A DNA stretch of 62,792 nt, filler included, from Chiloscyllium plagiosum (Eukaryota): the NCBI RefSeq assembly GCF_004010195.1. It is 6 parts of one record of this genome, joined end to end, with 100 filler letters (N's around TTAATTAATTAA, not from the genome) between each part and the next. Parts side by side here need not be neighbours in the genome. Positions count along the whole stretch, not along the records: positions 1 to 15,119 come from NC_057713.1; positions 15,220 to 26,393 come from NC_057713.1; positions 26,494 to 42,504 come from NC_057713.1; 3 more parts are not named here. The stretch is one strand, 5' to 3'. Numbering within the stretch: the first letter of the stretch is position 1; each line of letters begins with the position of its first letter. Positions 12,620-26,519 of this stretch are shown here, in pieces. The notes below the pieces were generated by a model. The model was not told the DNA's origin and did not search any database. It saw only the letters and a program-made list of their open reading frames with translations. Made by a program: the position numbers and the translations under genes.

Positions 12620-14500
12620 ATAGACATAAAGGAGGGGATGGAATGGAGGGAGAAATTAAAATTACTATAACTAGGGGAGTAGTGCTGAGACAGTTGTCAG
12701 AATTACAGACTGAAAGTCCCAGGATCTCATCCTCCGGTTCAAAAGACATGACTGGTGAGATAATTGCATTTGGTTTTAACTTTCAATGAATCTCGGGAAT
12801 TTTGGAAGGTTTCATTATTGAAAATGAGCAAATATAACTCCTTTATTCAAAAAGAGAGGCAAACAAAATAGGCAATTATAGGCCCATTAGTTTAACACTG
12901 TTCATTGGTAAGAAGTTGTAATGGGGCACTTGGAAAGCTCAAAGAAATCAGATAGGGTCAGTGTGGTTTTGTGGAAGGGAAATAATGTTTGTTCAATCCT
13001 TTAGAACTCTCTGTGGATAAGGGGGGAGCCAGTGAACGTAATGTAGTTAGCTTTCTAGAAAGCTTTTGATCAAATGCGTGTAACTAGATGCAGGAACAGG
13101 CAACTCAGCCCCTTAAATCTGCTTCGCCATTTAATATGATCATGGTTGATCTCATTTTGAACTCAACTCCACTTTCCCGTCCACTCCCTAAAATCCTTTA
13201 ACACATTACAAATTTTGAAAAATCCGTTTATCTCCTGCTTAAATTCATTGTGTTCCAGCATCCACCACAACTTGGGGGTAGTGAACTCTACAGAGTCACG
13301 AATCCTTGAAAGAAGTATTTCTTCCTCATCTTTTAAATCTGCCACCCCTCGGCCTAAAACAGTGCCCCCTCGTTCTAGATTAAAACACAGGGAGAAACAT
13401 CTGAACTATGTATGCTTTGTCAATCTCCTGTCGTCTTCTCTACATCAGAGAGACTGAATGTAAACTTAGGGAATGAGTCACCGAGCATCGCAGCCGGGCT
13501 AGCAGGGGCCGACTGGACCTCCCCAGTCACTGCCCATTTCAATTCCCCCAACCACTCCCTTTTCAACATGACCATCTTTTGGCCTCCTACATTGCCACAA
13601 CGAACCACAATGCAAATTGGAGGAACAACACCTCATCTTCCACATGGGCAGCCTATAGTTCGGAGGACTCAATATTGAGTTCTCCAATTTCAAATAACCT
13701 CCCTTCCTATCCTCCAACTCCCTTCTCAGTCCCATTCCCTGACTCTCTTCCCAGCCCCTGCCCCTCCCTTCCACTCTTCCCTGCCACCAACTGGATTCAT
13801 TCCTCCCATTGACCATCAAGGTCATACCCTTCACCTATCCCCATTTCAACACCCTGCCCCTCCCCCTAGTCCTGAAGAAGAGTTTTTCCCGAAACATCGA
13901 CTTCTCCACCTCCTGATGCTGCCTGGCTTGCTGTGTTCTTCCAGCCTCCTGCTTGTCTGTTTCAATCCCCTTTAGCATCTAATGTACCTCAGTTCGATTT
14001 CTACTCATTCTTCTGAGGTCAAAAGAGGTATTGGCCTAAACTGTTCAATCTCTCCTTGTAAAACAAGTATTTCATGCCTGGAATTAATCTATTGAATCTT
14101 CTGTAATTTCATTCAAGGTTATTGCAGAAAATACAAGTTCGCAGTGTAGTGGGTAAGCTATTGGCATGGAAGAAGTTTGGCTAGTTAACAGAAAACAGAG
14201 AATTGACATAAATTTGTCATTTTCTGGTTGGCAGGTGATATGCCATAGGGGACAGTGCTGGGGCCTCTGTTTTACATTTTATAAAAATGACTTTGGTGAA
14301 AGGATCAAAGATGATGTTGATGAATTTGCTGATGACAAAAAATCTGAAAGTAAGCTGTGGAGAGAAGAAAAGGACATTACAAAGACATATGGAGAGAGTG
14401 TGGAATAAATGCTCAAACATCTGGGAAATATGACGATAAGGTGAAAATTCTATCATTTGGCAGGAAAACCTACAAAGCATATTATCTAAATGATTGATGA
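12620..14500 (+). mobile_element. Old CR1 LINE interrupted by nested elements (about 13085-14105)
   Basis: NYRPISL, KAFD and EFADD motifs on the + strand on either side of a minus-strand LINE tail. Confidence 0.65.
13435..13960 (+). mobile_element. Penelope-like fragment (GIY-YIG remnant plus hammerhead-bearing terminus)
   Basis: YIRETECKLR..EHR and LEEQHLIFHMGSL..GLN; cctgaagaagagtttttcccgaaacatc at about 13871-13898. Confidence 0.75.
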
Positions 14501-14711
14501 TGGAGAATCCAGTGTTCTTTCCATCACATGACTGACTATGACTCTCTCTTGCTCTCACCATTTGCCATTGGTTCGTGTTGCAAGCATTTGCATGCTGATA
14601 GTCAGCCAGTTTGACTGCAATATGATACACCTCTCTTGGCCATCCAGTCATAGAGTCATAGAGATATACAGCAGGGAAACCGACCCTTTGGTCCAACTTG
14701 TCCATGCTGAC

Positions 14712-15119
14712 GAGATGGACCGGGTCCGAAGAGACACAATGTACAAAGACCGGTGCAATGGGGGAAAAAACACACCCAATGCAACCCTCACCCTGATGGC
14801 CACCTTTGTGTGTGGCTGCATCAAGCTGTGCGTGGATCCCCGGTACGCAAACACCAAGTGTCACTACGTACTGAGGTTCTACCTGTCCCCGGTGTTGCGA
14901 AGGATGGGCCTGGCCTCGCTGCCGCGGAAGGCTCCAAGTCGTTGGACCGTTCCGTACCACCTATCCCTCGTGGAGAAATTTATCAAGAAAAACACCTTTG
15001 ACCACAAGTCCATCAGGAAGTGGTCAGCACGTAGTGTCCTTGAGACCCTTCGGGAAAAGGAGAGGGCGGATCCTATCGAACGGTTCCCTGAGCAGACTGT
15101 CAAAGCAATTTGGCAGAAT
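14712..15119 (+). mobile_element. Young L1/Tx1-clade LINE ORF2 fragment
   Basis: Open frame MYKDRCNGGKNTPN...RFYLSPVLRRMG...FPEQTVKAIWQN, CpG-rich, homologous to 24190-24590. Confidence 0.8.
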
Positions 15120-15219
15120 NNNNNNNNNNNNNNNNNNNNNNNNNNNNNNNNNNNNNNNNNNNNTTAATTAATTAANNNNNNNNNNNNNNNNNNNNNNNNN
15201 NNNNNNNNNNNNNNNNNNN
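15120..15219. other. Synthetic scaffold spacer
   Basis: 44 N + TTAATTAATTAA + 44 N. Confidence 0.97.
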
Positions 15220-16721
15220 GGCACCCCCCCCCTCTCTTGACGCGTGGCGTGCTCTCTCTCTCGCGCTCTCTCGCACTCTCTCACTCTCACTCTCTCTGAT
15301 TAGTTAGCAGATCTTCAATCTATGCAACATATGAAAGTTTGAGAGACAAGATCATACCTTTTAGAAATCCAAATACACTTTATTCACTCTCTTTGTTACA
15401 TCTTCAAAAACTCAAATTTGTCAAACCCAATTTGCCTTTCCCAATCCGTATTAACTCTGTATTATGATTTTCTGAACATCATCTTTTTAGCTCATTAATA
15501 GATTCTAGAATTTTCCCAATATCAGATGTTAGGCTAACTGGTCTATATTTTCATGCTCTCTGTCTATCTTTTTGAATAGAAATGTTACATTAGTGGTTTT
15601 CTATTCTGCTGAGACCTCTCTTGGAATTTGGCATGTTAAAAATAACGTACATATTATCTTTGCAGCTAGTCTCATCAAGAACTTCGGATGCAGGCCATCA
15701 GGTCCGGGGTTTGTCAGCCTCTGGTCCTGTTAGTTTCTGAGTACCTTTTCTCAAGTGGGCAACATTGTTTCTCTGTTTTGATTTTATACTATTCAGGGAT
15801 GCTTTTTATGTCTTCAACTATGACTAATGGTCACTTTAACAGCTCTTTGGTTTTTGTTTTAAATGCTTGTAGAAGCTTTTGCTGTCTATTTTGTATCTCT
15901 TGCTAATTTTCTCTTGTGCTCCAATTTCTCCCACTGTTTTTTAGTCATTCTTTCTGGCCTGTCAAATTTTCCCAATTTTCTGGGCTTTTAATCTCCACAG
16001 AATTGTAAGCTTTTTCTTTCAATTTTATGCCACTCAAAACATCCTTAGCTATTCATGGATTGTTCATTTGTCTCAGAGTCTTTCTCAATGGAACATATCC
16101 TTGTCAATGTTATACTTACTCATTGCAGATATATAATAACATTACTGTGTGAGGAAGAATTGTCATGCATTGTTCACCTGTGCAGGGAAGAATCCATATT
16201 GGCCCATCCAACCAATTATCAGCAAATTTGTAACTGGGGCCAAATATTGGGTGAAATAACATTGTGCTGTTTTGATCCCTTCTTGGAGAGTAATTAATAG
16301 CAGATTGGAACACAAGATCAGCTTTAAAAAAACAATAATTTTGTCATAGAGCAAAGTGCCACAGGATAATGATGTGAATGTAAAAGCACTTCTGAAGTTA
16401 AGGTTGAAGTACATATTTGGAATTGTGCCGAGCATCTTTTGTTCTATATGTATCCCTGTTTATTCCTGTCTGGAAGTTTTTGATGGGACAACATGGAGAG
16501 AGCTTTACTTTACAGGGTGCTGGCACCTTTGTTCATTGGCAAAGTGCTTAGATTTATGAAATGCTTGGTTGAGAGGGTGAAGAGGATTATGCATTAAGAA
16601 AGTTGACCCCTGTAACTGATTCTTAGTGTGACAAATCTAGCAATCTTTACATTGGCAAACTGTTCTTAACAAAAGGATATTGTCTCCGAAACTCAGAAAT
16701 GGAAATATGGACTAATGGTAG

Positions 16722-16913
<192 letters not shown>

Positions 16914-16965
16914 TGATTTCTAGTCTAGAGTATCTCATTGGAGGTGGTTATTTTGTCCTGCCCTA

Positions 16966-17460
16966 CTTTTTTTTTTGCAAAAAATATACTTTATTCATAT
17001 ATATTATCTCGACGTCGGTACAAAAGGACCAAACCAGTTCAGTCTAGACTTTTTAAAAAAAAAAAGTGGGAATTTGGCATTCCTCATTTGAGCTTCAGTT
17101 CAGTTGCAACAATAAGGCATTTTCTAATCATGAAAGGAAACTATCTACATTTCCATTAAGACAAAGAGGGAATCTCAAGTTTAACAGACCTTCGATACAT
17201 TTTGGCAGATGGACCTTAACTCTGGTCTTCATCCACTGATCCTTGGTAGCGGCTGACCTAAGCTTTAATTCATTCCTCAGCATGTAGTCCTAGACCTTGG
17301 AATATATCGGTGTGCAACACTCAGTTGAGGTCAACTCTTTGCACTGAAAGACTAACAGATTTCGGACGGACCAAAGTTGCACTGAGTTGATGGTCTTCAG
17401 GTGCAGTTAATGTCTGTCCCAGGAACAACCCATTGAGTAGAGAGTCCTCCATCACGGAGT
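16966..17460 (-). mobile_element. Old Tx1-type LINE 3' end
   Basis: Reverse complement ends atgaataaagtatattttttgcaaaaaaa, like 25186-25213; ORF2 C-terminal remnant resembles 24880-24990. Confidence 0.65.
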
Positions 17461-18097
17461 TGCTCCCTCATGGTTTTGTTAAGAAGATGGTGCTGGGCAT
17501 CTATCATGAGTGTTGGTAGCAGGTTTTGATACAGCTGTGAGAGTAACTTATTTGAGCATTTAAGAATGCAGTTAAAAGTCAAGCAGGTTGATATGGGATT
17601 GGAGTTAAATGCAGGCCAGATGCTAACGATAGCAATTTCACTTCCATACAAGAATCCTTCAAGGTGAGTTGCAATTCTGGAGCATAATTATTGATCGTTT
17701 TTTTTATTATAAGAGCACTGGAACAGCGGTCAACTGAACTGAAAAGCATCCAGCATTTACACATGCATACTTCTGGGTGGTGATGGAGCTGGAGAAGGAA
17801 TCCTGCCCAGTTGTCCCTATCTTATCTCAGTGCCCAGACAGTTGTAGTAGTTGTAATGTAATCTTAACAATCATATAACAGAGAGCTAATATGGCACCTA
17901 CATCTACTTAAGAGCTGTTTTGAGGCCAGGCTTCATTATAATGAACGAGCAAGACCCCAACAAGGTAACTCGCAAGTTTCCAATTGTGGTTCAGGAATTG
18001 GCAGCCGGAGGCTACTCTCTCGAATGATCACTCGATCAGGGGTGGTAGCAAGGTGGCAGTGGGGAATGTGTTCTACTTTTGTCAAGTAATTTTTTTT

Positions 18098-18406
18098 ATA
18101 AGATTAGATACCCCACAGTATGGAACAGGCCCTTCAGCCCAACAAGTCTACACCGACCCTCCAATGAGTAACCCACCCACACCCATTTCCCCTACCCTAT
18201 GTTTACTCCTGACTAATGCACCTAACACTATGGGCAATTTAGCCTGGCCAGTTCACCTGCCCTGCATATCTTTGGAAACCGGCACACCTGGAGGAAACCC
18301 ACGCAGAAACTGGGAGAACATACGGACTCCACACAGACAGTTGCCCGAGGCAGGAATCGAACCCGGGTCCCTAGTGCTGTGAGGCTGCAGTGCCACCGTG
18401 CCACCC
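18098..18406 (-). mobile_element. HE1/V-type tRNA-derived SINE
   Basis: Reverse complement has a tRNA-like head, B box ggttcgattcc, V-domain gtctgtgtggag and LINE-like tail gctgaagggcctgttcc. Confidence 0.85.
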
Positions 18407-19544
18407 AGTAATGTAATATATTACTAACGTTTATGGGCAACAATCAATCCTACCTCCAGCAGCTAAGCTGATGTGCAGAAAGTGTGAAGGACTGGCACTG
18501 CTCTTGCTGCAACTGAGAAGATCACTACTGTATGAAGGTTCTGCCTGACAGGATCCCACCATGCTCCAGCAGGGAATATCTTCCAGATCAACATGTCTGC
18601 TGACTGTAAATAGATGAGCCCTGTGGCACGTTTTCTCCTTTATCAAATTAATTTAACTCCATCACCATAACAATCTTTTCCCTTAATTCTTTCTTCAGTC
18701 AGTCCTCCAACTTGTAAAATCTCTTTATTTTTAATCGCATACTCGAATTACTCCCAAGGTGCACCCTGTTGACCTCCCATCCTCCACTTGGTGCAAATTC
18801 CACAGTGTCCAAAATGGCCAATTGAATTTAAAGCTGTTCAAAGGTCCTGCTGACTCATTTGGCTACATCTGTCCTGATTAGATGCAGGCAACTGAGTTTC
18901 ACATCTTGTAACCAGAAGTTATTTGGCTTTTTCCATTCATCTGATCAGTCTGAATGGGACCTGAACACACATCCCTCTGATTCAGAAACTCTGCATCTGG
19001 ACCAAAGATTTACTTCCCGCCTTCAATGTATGAAAGTGGTCAGTCTGTCTTGGGGTGATTACCACTAACATTAGGGTTAATGTTCCCAACTTTAACTGTA
19101 ACAGCTTGTAGAAATTCTGTTTGGAAGACAATTACCTTGTGAAATAAGGTGAGACACTTGCCCCCTTGAAACTGCTGCTTGCTGGATGGCTCCAAGTAGT
19201 AACATTCTTCACCATTGCAGGGCACAGTTGGGAAGGTGGTTGGGTTCAGTTTTAAATGTACAATTTGGAGTTTAATGATATTGTCAGCACCTGGTCGCAA
19301 TTTTAGTTGAAGATCTGAGAGGGTGAGTGGCAGCTGCTTATCCCCATACCAAATGTATCAGAAGGCAGATTCTAAATCTGAATCTTCGGTGTCACAGTTG
19401 AATTAAAAGTGCAACAGGTATGTTGAAGTTGCAGAAATGTAGGATTTCCATTTCTTCTGAGTCTTTGCATGAGGATATATTATCTTAATGAGTGCCAGAG
19501 GATTTTGACAACAGTTTCATGGAAATGTGGATGCAGCGTAACAG

Positions 19545-20315
19545 TTATAGTCATAGAGATGTACAGCATGGAAACAGACCTTTCGTTCCAACCCGTCCAT
19601 GCCGACCAGAGATCCCAACCCAATCTAGTCCCACCTGCCAGCACCCGGCCCATATTCCTACAAACCCTTCCTATTCATATACCCATCAAAATGCCTCTTA
19701 AATGTTGCAATTGTACCAGCCTCCACCACATCCTCTGGCAGCTCATTCCATACACCTACCACCCTCTGCGTGAAAAAGTTGCCCCTTAGGTCTCTTTTAT
19801 ATCTTTCCCCTCTCACCCTAAACCTATGCCCTCTAGTTCTGGACTCCCCGACCCCAGGGAAAAGACTTTGTCTATTTATCCTATCCATGCCCCTCATAAA
19901 TTTTGTAAACCTCTATAAGGTCACCCCTCAGCCTCCGACGCTCCAGGGAAAACAGCCCCAGCNNNNNNNNNNNNNNNNNNNNNNNNNNNNNNNNNNNNNN
20001 NNNNNNNNNNNNNNNNNNNNNNNNNNNNNNNNNNNNNNNNNNNNNNNNNNNNNNNNNNNNNNNNNNNNNNNCATTTAAGTGTATAAGTCCTGCTAAGATT
20101 TGCTTTCCCAAAATGCAGCACCTCGCATTTATCTGAATTAAACTCCATCTGCCACTTCTCAGCCCATTGGCCCATCTGGTCCAGATCCTGTTGTAATCTG
20201 AGGTAACCCTCTTCGCTGTCCTCTACACCTCCCAATTTTGGTGTCATCTGCAAACTTACTAACTGTACCTCTTACGCTCGCATCCAAATCATTTATGTAA
20301 ATGACAAAAAGTAGA
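19545..20315 (-). mobile_element. Young CR1 (HER1-like) LINE 3' portion with an internal N gap
   Basis: KFADDTK, RLRGDLIEVYKI and FFTQRVV.VWNELP; ctctatga tail. Confidence 0.92.
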
Positions 20316-20577
20316 TAACATAAGCCACTTGCCCCTGAATGTTCTCCATCACTTGACATTAAAGCAAAAATCAGACATTAAACCACAGGTTTGCTGCAGG
20401 TGCCCAAAAATCTGTTTTTGTCTGCTAATGGTATAAAGGGTAAATCTGGTCGAAGGAAGCACATGTGCGTGTGTGAGATACAGAAAGAAAATATGGACCG
20501 AGGATGTTGTGTTCTGGTAGAGTGAGTAACTCCACTCACCAACATTATTTCATTTTATCCCCACTTCTTGTTTGCAG

Positions 20578-20697
20578 CACTGCATTGATATTGTTCACAT
20601 CGCAGGACGCCGACCCTTTGGGCAGAATGTGGTTAATATCTATACAGACGGTTATCTGAGAAAGACTGCACAACTACGATTCCCTTCACTAAATGAG
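20578..20697 (+). CDS. NBEAL2: Internal coding exon of neurobeachin-like 2
   Basis: tttgcag acceptor, gtgagg donor, 120 bp, phase 0/0. HCIDIVHIAGRRPFGQNVVNIYTDGYLRKTAQLRFPSLNE directly continues the previous exon in NBEAL proteins. Confidence 0.9.
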
Positions 20698-21454
20698 GTG
20701 AGGTCTGACCTTCACTAAGTTCATTGAGTTTCCCTTTATCCCTAAAATAAAACAGATACAATTAGTTTCTTTATGGCATCAATGATGGGACTCAGCCCAC
20801 TGACCTTGGAGACCTTGAGATAAAGTTATGCATCAGAATGCCATCTAATTGCAATAATAGAGGGGGTGCTACATTGTTATCAGAGTAAATTAACAAAAAC
20901 AGGATTTAGTTATATATTTGCACTCTTCTGTCCTTATTGCAATTCCAGTATGTTCTTTATGCATACCTTCCTTACTGGAAATCTGGACTCCTTTGAACTA
21001 AGGTGCAGTGTGTACTGAGCCAATTGAAATTTTCAAGACTAAATAGATTTTTGGTGATCAAGAATATCAATATTATGTAGCAGAGGGTATCAGGTGCAGA
21101 ACAGACTTGAGGGAACCCCTGAGCCTATTCTTCTCACCCCGTTCTCTCAATTTTGATGCCATCTTGTACTCCGGGCTTTAATTCTTCACCTTTCTCAGTG
21201 TGCTCTGAAGAAAATAATCTGATGTAGGAACAGAAGTGGCCCATTCTGCCTAATAAGTCTTCCCCACCATTCAATACAGTCATGGCTGATCAAACACTTC
21301 AATGCCTTTTACCCATGCCATCCCCATAACCCTGTTCACTTGTTTTGGTATTAATAAATTTATCACTATTAACTTGTTTTCACCATTGAATGCTAACAGA
21401 CCTACGAAGTGTTTCTGGAAAGTTTATAAAAATTGAGACAACTGTGATGCTGTA

Positions 21455-21622
21455 AATCAGAAACAAAAACAAATTGCTGGAAAAGCTCAGTATGTCTGAC
21501 AGCATCTGTGGAGAGAAATCAGAGTTTGATATTTTGGATCCAGTGTCCTTCCTGATGAACATGGATTTCTCTCCACAGATGCTGCCAGATTTGTTGAGCT
21601 TTTCCAGAACTTTGTTTTTTTT
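21455..21622. mobile_element. Older PLE-derived fold-back element
   Basis: Arms ctggaaaagctca..cagcatctgtggagagaaatc and gatttctctccacagatgctg..tgagcttttccag. Related singles at about 31381-31480, 39875-39945 and 41018-41175. Confidence 0.65.
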
Positions 21623-21701
21623 TCTATTTATTCCATTTTATCTTTAAAATTTAATTAGATTGTAATATTTATGTTATAAAAATTTTAATCCTTCCTTTCA
21701 G

Positions 21702-22011
21702 TCCTTCACTTACTGCTGTATTGGATCAGCTGGTCACAGAACAACGACAACAGTTATTACTTCTCCCATCCAGACTCCCGATCTATCCTTCACTTCACAT
21801 TACCCCCTCAACCGTTCTCAGTCCTTCCCAGCCAGCTTTACATCCCCCATGAGAGGCTCCACCTCTCCACAAGCCATTGTGAATACAATCGCGGCCAGCA
21901 TGCAGGATGCAGAATGGGGCACACCAACATCCCTGGAAGGGCTGATGGGATCCGTCTTTGTGTTCCATGAAGCCCTGCAGCCGATGCAGATCAAAGCACT
22001 TTTCAATGCAG
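21702..22011 (+). CDS. NBEAL2: Internal coding exon of neurobeachin-like 2
   Basis: ctttcag acceptor, gtgggt donor, 310 bp, phase 0/1. SFTYCCIGSAGHRTTTT...LNRSQSFPAS...QDAEWGTPTSLEGLMGSVFVFHEALQPMQIKALFNA. The RSQSxPAS segment favours NBEAL2 over NBEAL1 (from recall). Confidence 0.88.
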
Positions 22012-22399
22012 GTGGGTTTTCCTGTTAACTGTGTTTTATTAGTCAGCCATAATGTGAGAGTGTGCACACAGTCTTGTTTATTCCCATTTGTGTTACTGAG
22101 GCAGTAATGATAGACGTATCTATCTACCTGTCTGCCCTCTTAAGTGAATGGTAAAGATTGTAAAGCAATACTTGAAGCAATGTATCACTCTCCAGTTTGT
22201 CAATCAACATTGTACACACAATCAGTACTACCAAAAAACTACTACTTTATCTCCATACTCTTCTTGGGATCCTGTTGAGCCCAAATTGGCTGTCACATCT
22301 TCCAATAAAACAATAGTGATTATTCTACTAAATTATTTTGAGGTACCTGGTCATGGCCAGACAGGTCTATCTGCTCATGATAGATATCCTGTTTTGTCC

Positions 22400-25213
22400 C
22401 AAGGGTTCTGGGACAAATCCACCAGCAGCAAGCCAGTGCTCTCTGATCTGCCTCCTGTTAGGTGACTGTGTCATCTGCGGGATGACCAGCTGCCTGGCAA
22501 GGGAGCGTACAACATAAAAGTGACCCCAGAACACATTGAGAAGTTCAAAAGGTTAGAGATCTGTGAAGGCCCTCTTTGAATCTTCAGCGGACTGGTGGGA
22601 AACAGTCAAGGAGAGCATTAAGAGGCCATTCATCCTCAAAGCTGTTCAGAAGGCAAGAAGGAGTGAATGGTAAAATTGTACAAATTCCAGAAAAGCATGC
22701 AGAACCTGCTCCAACTGTGGACAATGGGGGTCGATGTCGCAGGGGGTATCCAGGAGATGAAGAACCAGCAAGCCTCTCTGTTTGCTTTGCAGGGCATAAA
22801 GATAATTGTCCGCTCCAACAACCATGGAGCACAATGAGATGCACTTACATTTCTTCTTTCAGAAGGTACACAGGGAGAGCTCTGTTATCAGCAGTGTGAA
22901 GGAATGTGTCACCTCAATCTGATAACGTGAGGATCAGCAAATCCTTTGAGAGCTAAACTGTATGACGTGAAATCTACAGAAAGCACAACCTCCCAGTCGT
23001 TGCTGTCCTGTGTCATGGAAGTCATAGATGAAAGCATGCAGGAGAGGCTGAACCAGATGCTGTCTCTGGATGAGTTGACTGAGGCCTTCAAGTCCTTTTG
23101 AGAAGAGTGAAACTCCTGGAGGTGATGGCTTACTAGTGGAGTTTTATTCAGCTCAGTGGGATTTGATAGGCCAGGATCTGCATGAGATGTACTGCAGTAT
23201 GCTTTTGGCAGGTAGTGTGTGCAGATCCTCGAGGAAGGGCATCATCACGTTATCTACAATCAGAATGGGAGAGGGAGGACGTTAGAAATGGGTGACCAAT
23301 TTCACTGCTGAATGCAGATTACAAAATCCTGTTTAAGCTCATCACCAACTGACTGAAGTCTGCTCTGGTATCGGTGATTCACTTTGACCAAACCTGTGCT
23401 GTACTGGGCAGGATGATCTCTGAGAGCCTCATGCTCCTCAGGGATACAATTGCCTATATGCAGGACAGCTGCCTCATCATGCTGGATCAGGAGAAGGCCT
23501 TTGACAGGATATCGCACACCTACACGAGGGATATGCTCCCTAAAATGGACTCTGGGAAGGGAATCCGCAATTGGATCGTGATTGCTCTACACCAACATTG
23601 TTAATGCAGTCTCAATCAATGGGTGGGAATCAGAAAGCTTCCTGATCAGATTTGAAGTCAGGCAGGGCTGCCCACTCTCTGCTGCCTTGTTTGTGTGTTG
23701 TATAGACCCCTTTACTGAGTCCATCAGGAAGGATATAAGCCGGAAAGGAGTGAGTATTCCAGGCAGCAGAAGTCAGCAGGTCCACGTCTCTGTGTTCTTG
23801 GATGATGTCGCTGTTTTCTGCTCTGATCTGCTGTCAGTGCACAGGTGCATGAGCATCTGTGAACAGTTTGAACTGGCATCAGAAGCCAAAGTAAATTGAG
23901 ACAAGAGTGTTCTCCATGTTCTTTGGAGCCTGGCAGATTGATCCTTTATCCCCTTCACCATCAGGATAGATGACCTGAACATGTTGGGAATATGGTTCAG
24001 TGGGACTTGGGAGAAGACCATCGCCAAGGTGAGGCAGAAACTGGACTTTTGGGAGCATCGCTCCCCCTCCATTGCGAGTGTAAACCTGGTCATTGCCTGT
24101 GAAGGACTCTTGCTGTTGCTGCATGTGGTGCATGTCTGTTCTATGCTCCAAAACTGCACCGTTGCAGTAACATGAGCTATCTTCTAGAAGTCTAAGATGG
24201 ATTGTGTCCAGAGCAACACCACGTACAATACTCTGGATCAAGTGGGAGTATGGTGGGAGATGTATCCAAGACCACCTTTATGTATGGCTGCATCAAACTG
24301 TGTGTAGACCCTTAGATACTCAAACACCAAATGTCACCACATACTGAGGTTCTACCTGTCCCTGGTGTTGTGAAGGATGGGCCTAGGCTCGCCATGGAAT
24401 GCTCCAAATAGTTAGACTGTTCCATATCACCTTCCCTTCTGGAAAATTTGTAAAATAAAACATCTTTGATCACAAGTCCATCAGGAAGTGGTCAGCATGG
24501 AGCTTCCTCAAGACCCTGCAGAAAGGGAGAAGATTGTTCCTGTTGGGTGGTTCCCTGAGCAGACTGTTGCAGTTATTTGACAGTATGTGTTACCACCTGA
24601 GCTTTCCAACAAGTATCAAGGCGTAGCTTGGCCGGTCATGAGAAGGGCATGACCTTTGAGATCCTTTATGTACGTTCGGACTCTCTGCTGGCCATGAAAT
24701 GGCTGCAGGAGGTGGGGGGGGGGTATTTGTCACTTTTCTCCTGGAATGTGTCTTTGCAAAAGAAGTCTGGCGAGAGATGCAGTGGTTTTTGTCGAGGTTC
24801 ATCATGAGCAGCTCCATGATGCTCTACAGTCTGATCTCCTGTGTTGCCAAACATCAACTGCGCCTGGAGGACTGTCAACTCTGTGAAAGACAGTCTTTGG
24901 TGCACTCAAACTTTGGTCATGAAAGGTACACAGTTGAACCCAACCACACATTGGACACTGGCACATTCTAAGATTCAGGACTGTGCTGAAAGATATACGA
25001 AAGGTTGGCATTGCAGCTGCCAAAGCACAGAGGCGGGGGGGGGAAAACACCATCTAAGTGTTTCTGCCAAAGTACAGAGAGTTATCAGACCCTCCTTATT
25101 GTCAAATTCCAGTCTGTTTTTTGCTCTGCAAAGAGTTTACAGAACTGTTTAGTACTTTCTGTCTGTACTCAGACAAAAGTTTTATGAATAATGTATTTTT
25201 GAAATATAAAAAA
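22400..25213 (+). mobile_element. Degraded L1/Tx1-clade LINE ORF2 plus 3' end
   Basis: LDQEKAFDRISH, VRQGCPLS, FLDD and the C-terminal LECVFAKEVW motif; many stops and frameshifts; A-rich end. Confidence 0.88.
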
Positions 25214-26287
25214 GAATTTAGGAAATGAACAATGTTGATAAATCTGTTCATCCTTTCATAATTGCTTTACCCTGCCTTTTCCCTCTGTCCCTCCCTCGCT
25301 CTGGTTCATTTTCTGTATTTAAATATTCTATGCCTTTTATTTGTTCACTTTGTCTCATTCGCTTTCATTTCCCATTTCACCTTTCTGTCTCCTGGCCATG
25401 CTAAATTGCCCATTGTATCGAGGGATGTGCAGGCTAGGTCGATTAACCATGGGAAATGCAGAGTTACAGGGATAGAGTTGGTGGGGTGGGGTGGGGGGGT
25501 GGTGGAGTTGAAGAAAGTTTCTCTATTGTGGAAGAAATTATGTTTATTTGATTTAAACATTGAAGAAAGATTGAACAATGTCCAAAGTGTTGCTCTGTGG
25601 GACAGTGCTGAATTTGCAAGCCTTGCCTTCTCGCATTATTAAGGGTATTGCCCAAGATCACTCCCAGTGGGGGCAATTGAAATGTTGTAATTAAACACAA
25701 AGGCCTGTATTTCTCTGCCAGCCAGCACCTTGAGATGCACCCACATTTGAACTGTGACACCATCCTATTGCCCATTCATTTTCTTACCATGACCGCTTGT
25801 CACAACTGCTCTCCCACCACCACACCCAGGACACAGACCCTTCCCACCCCACTCCACTCCTCCATGCCTTCGACCTCTCCACAACTGGCTCACTTGCTGA
25901 TCCTGAGCCACTGTATAATCTACAGTCCTCCTGCACCTATCTTTTGATCACTTGAACCAAGTAAGAAAAACTGCCACACTTTTTAACATAGCTGATGCAC
26001 ACGTCATCTTTGAAACATCATTCTGAAATTCTCGTGCTGCATTTATCTTGGAAGTAAGACATAACTTAAAATGTTTTACACTAATGAGTACTCGTGGATG
26101 TATGTTCTCTGCATCTCAATCTGCTGTTTTGAAGGTTGAATTTTCACAATATCCCCAATTAAGTCACCCTGCATTCTTAGTTTCCTGCTCTTATGGGCTG
26201 CATAAAACGAGTCCCATTATTTCTCTCTGTTTGTTATTTCTGTCTCTGTGTGTGTATCTTTTTCACTTTCCATTTATTTCTCTGTAT

Positions 26288-26362
26288 GTCTTTCTCTCTC
26301 TGTCTCTCTCTGTCTCTGTCTCTCTCTCTCTCTGTCTGTCTGTCTGTCTGTCTCTCCCTCTG

Positions 26363-26393
<31 letters not shown>
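26288..26393 (+). repeat. (TC)n/(TGTC)n microsatellite at a contig end
   Basis: Directly visible; runs into the spacer. Confidence 0.95.
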
Positions 26394-26493
26394 NNNNNNN
26401 NNNNNNNNNNNNNNNNNNNNNNNNNNNNNNNNNNNNNTTAATTAATTAANNNNNNNNNNNNNNNNNNNNNNNNNNNNNNNNNNNNNNNNNNNN
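26394..26493. other. Synthetic scaffold spacer (between the NBEAL2 and KIF9 exons)
   Basis: 44 N + TTAATTAATTAA + 44 N. Confidence 0.97.
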
Positions 26494-26519
26494 TATAGGT
26501 GTTCCTCTTCCTCTTTTTG

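Noticed and set aside
14217..14960. 247-aa minus-strand ORF
   Set aside because: Antisense of the Tx1 and CR1 fragments; no recognisable protein.
15164..15175. Recurrent TTAATTAATTAA as a biological motif
   Set aside because: Always centred in exactly 44+44 N, so it is an assembly linker.
26048..26449. Leu/Ser-rich ORFs
   Set aside because: Translation of a microsatellite and Ns.
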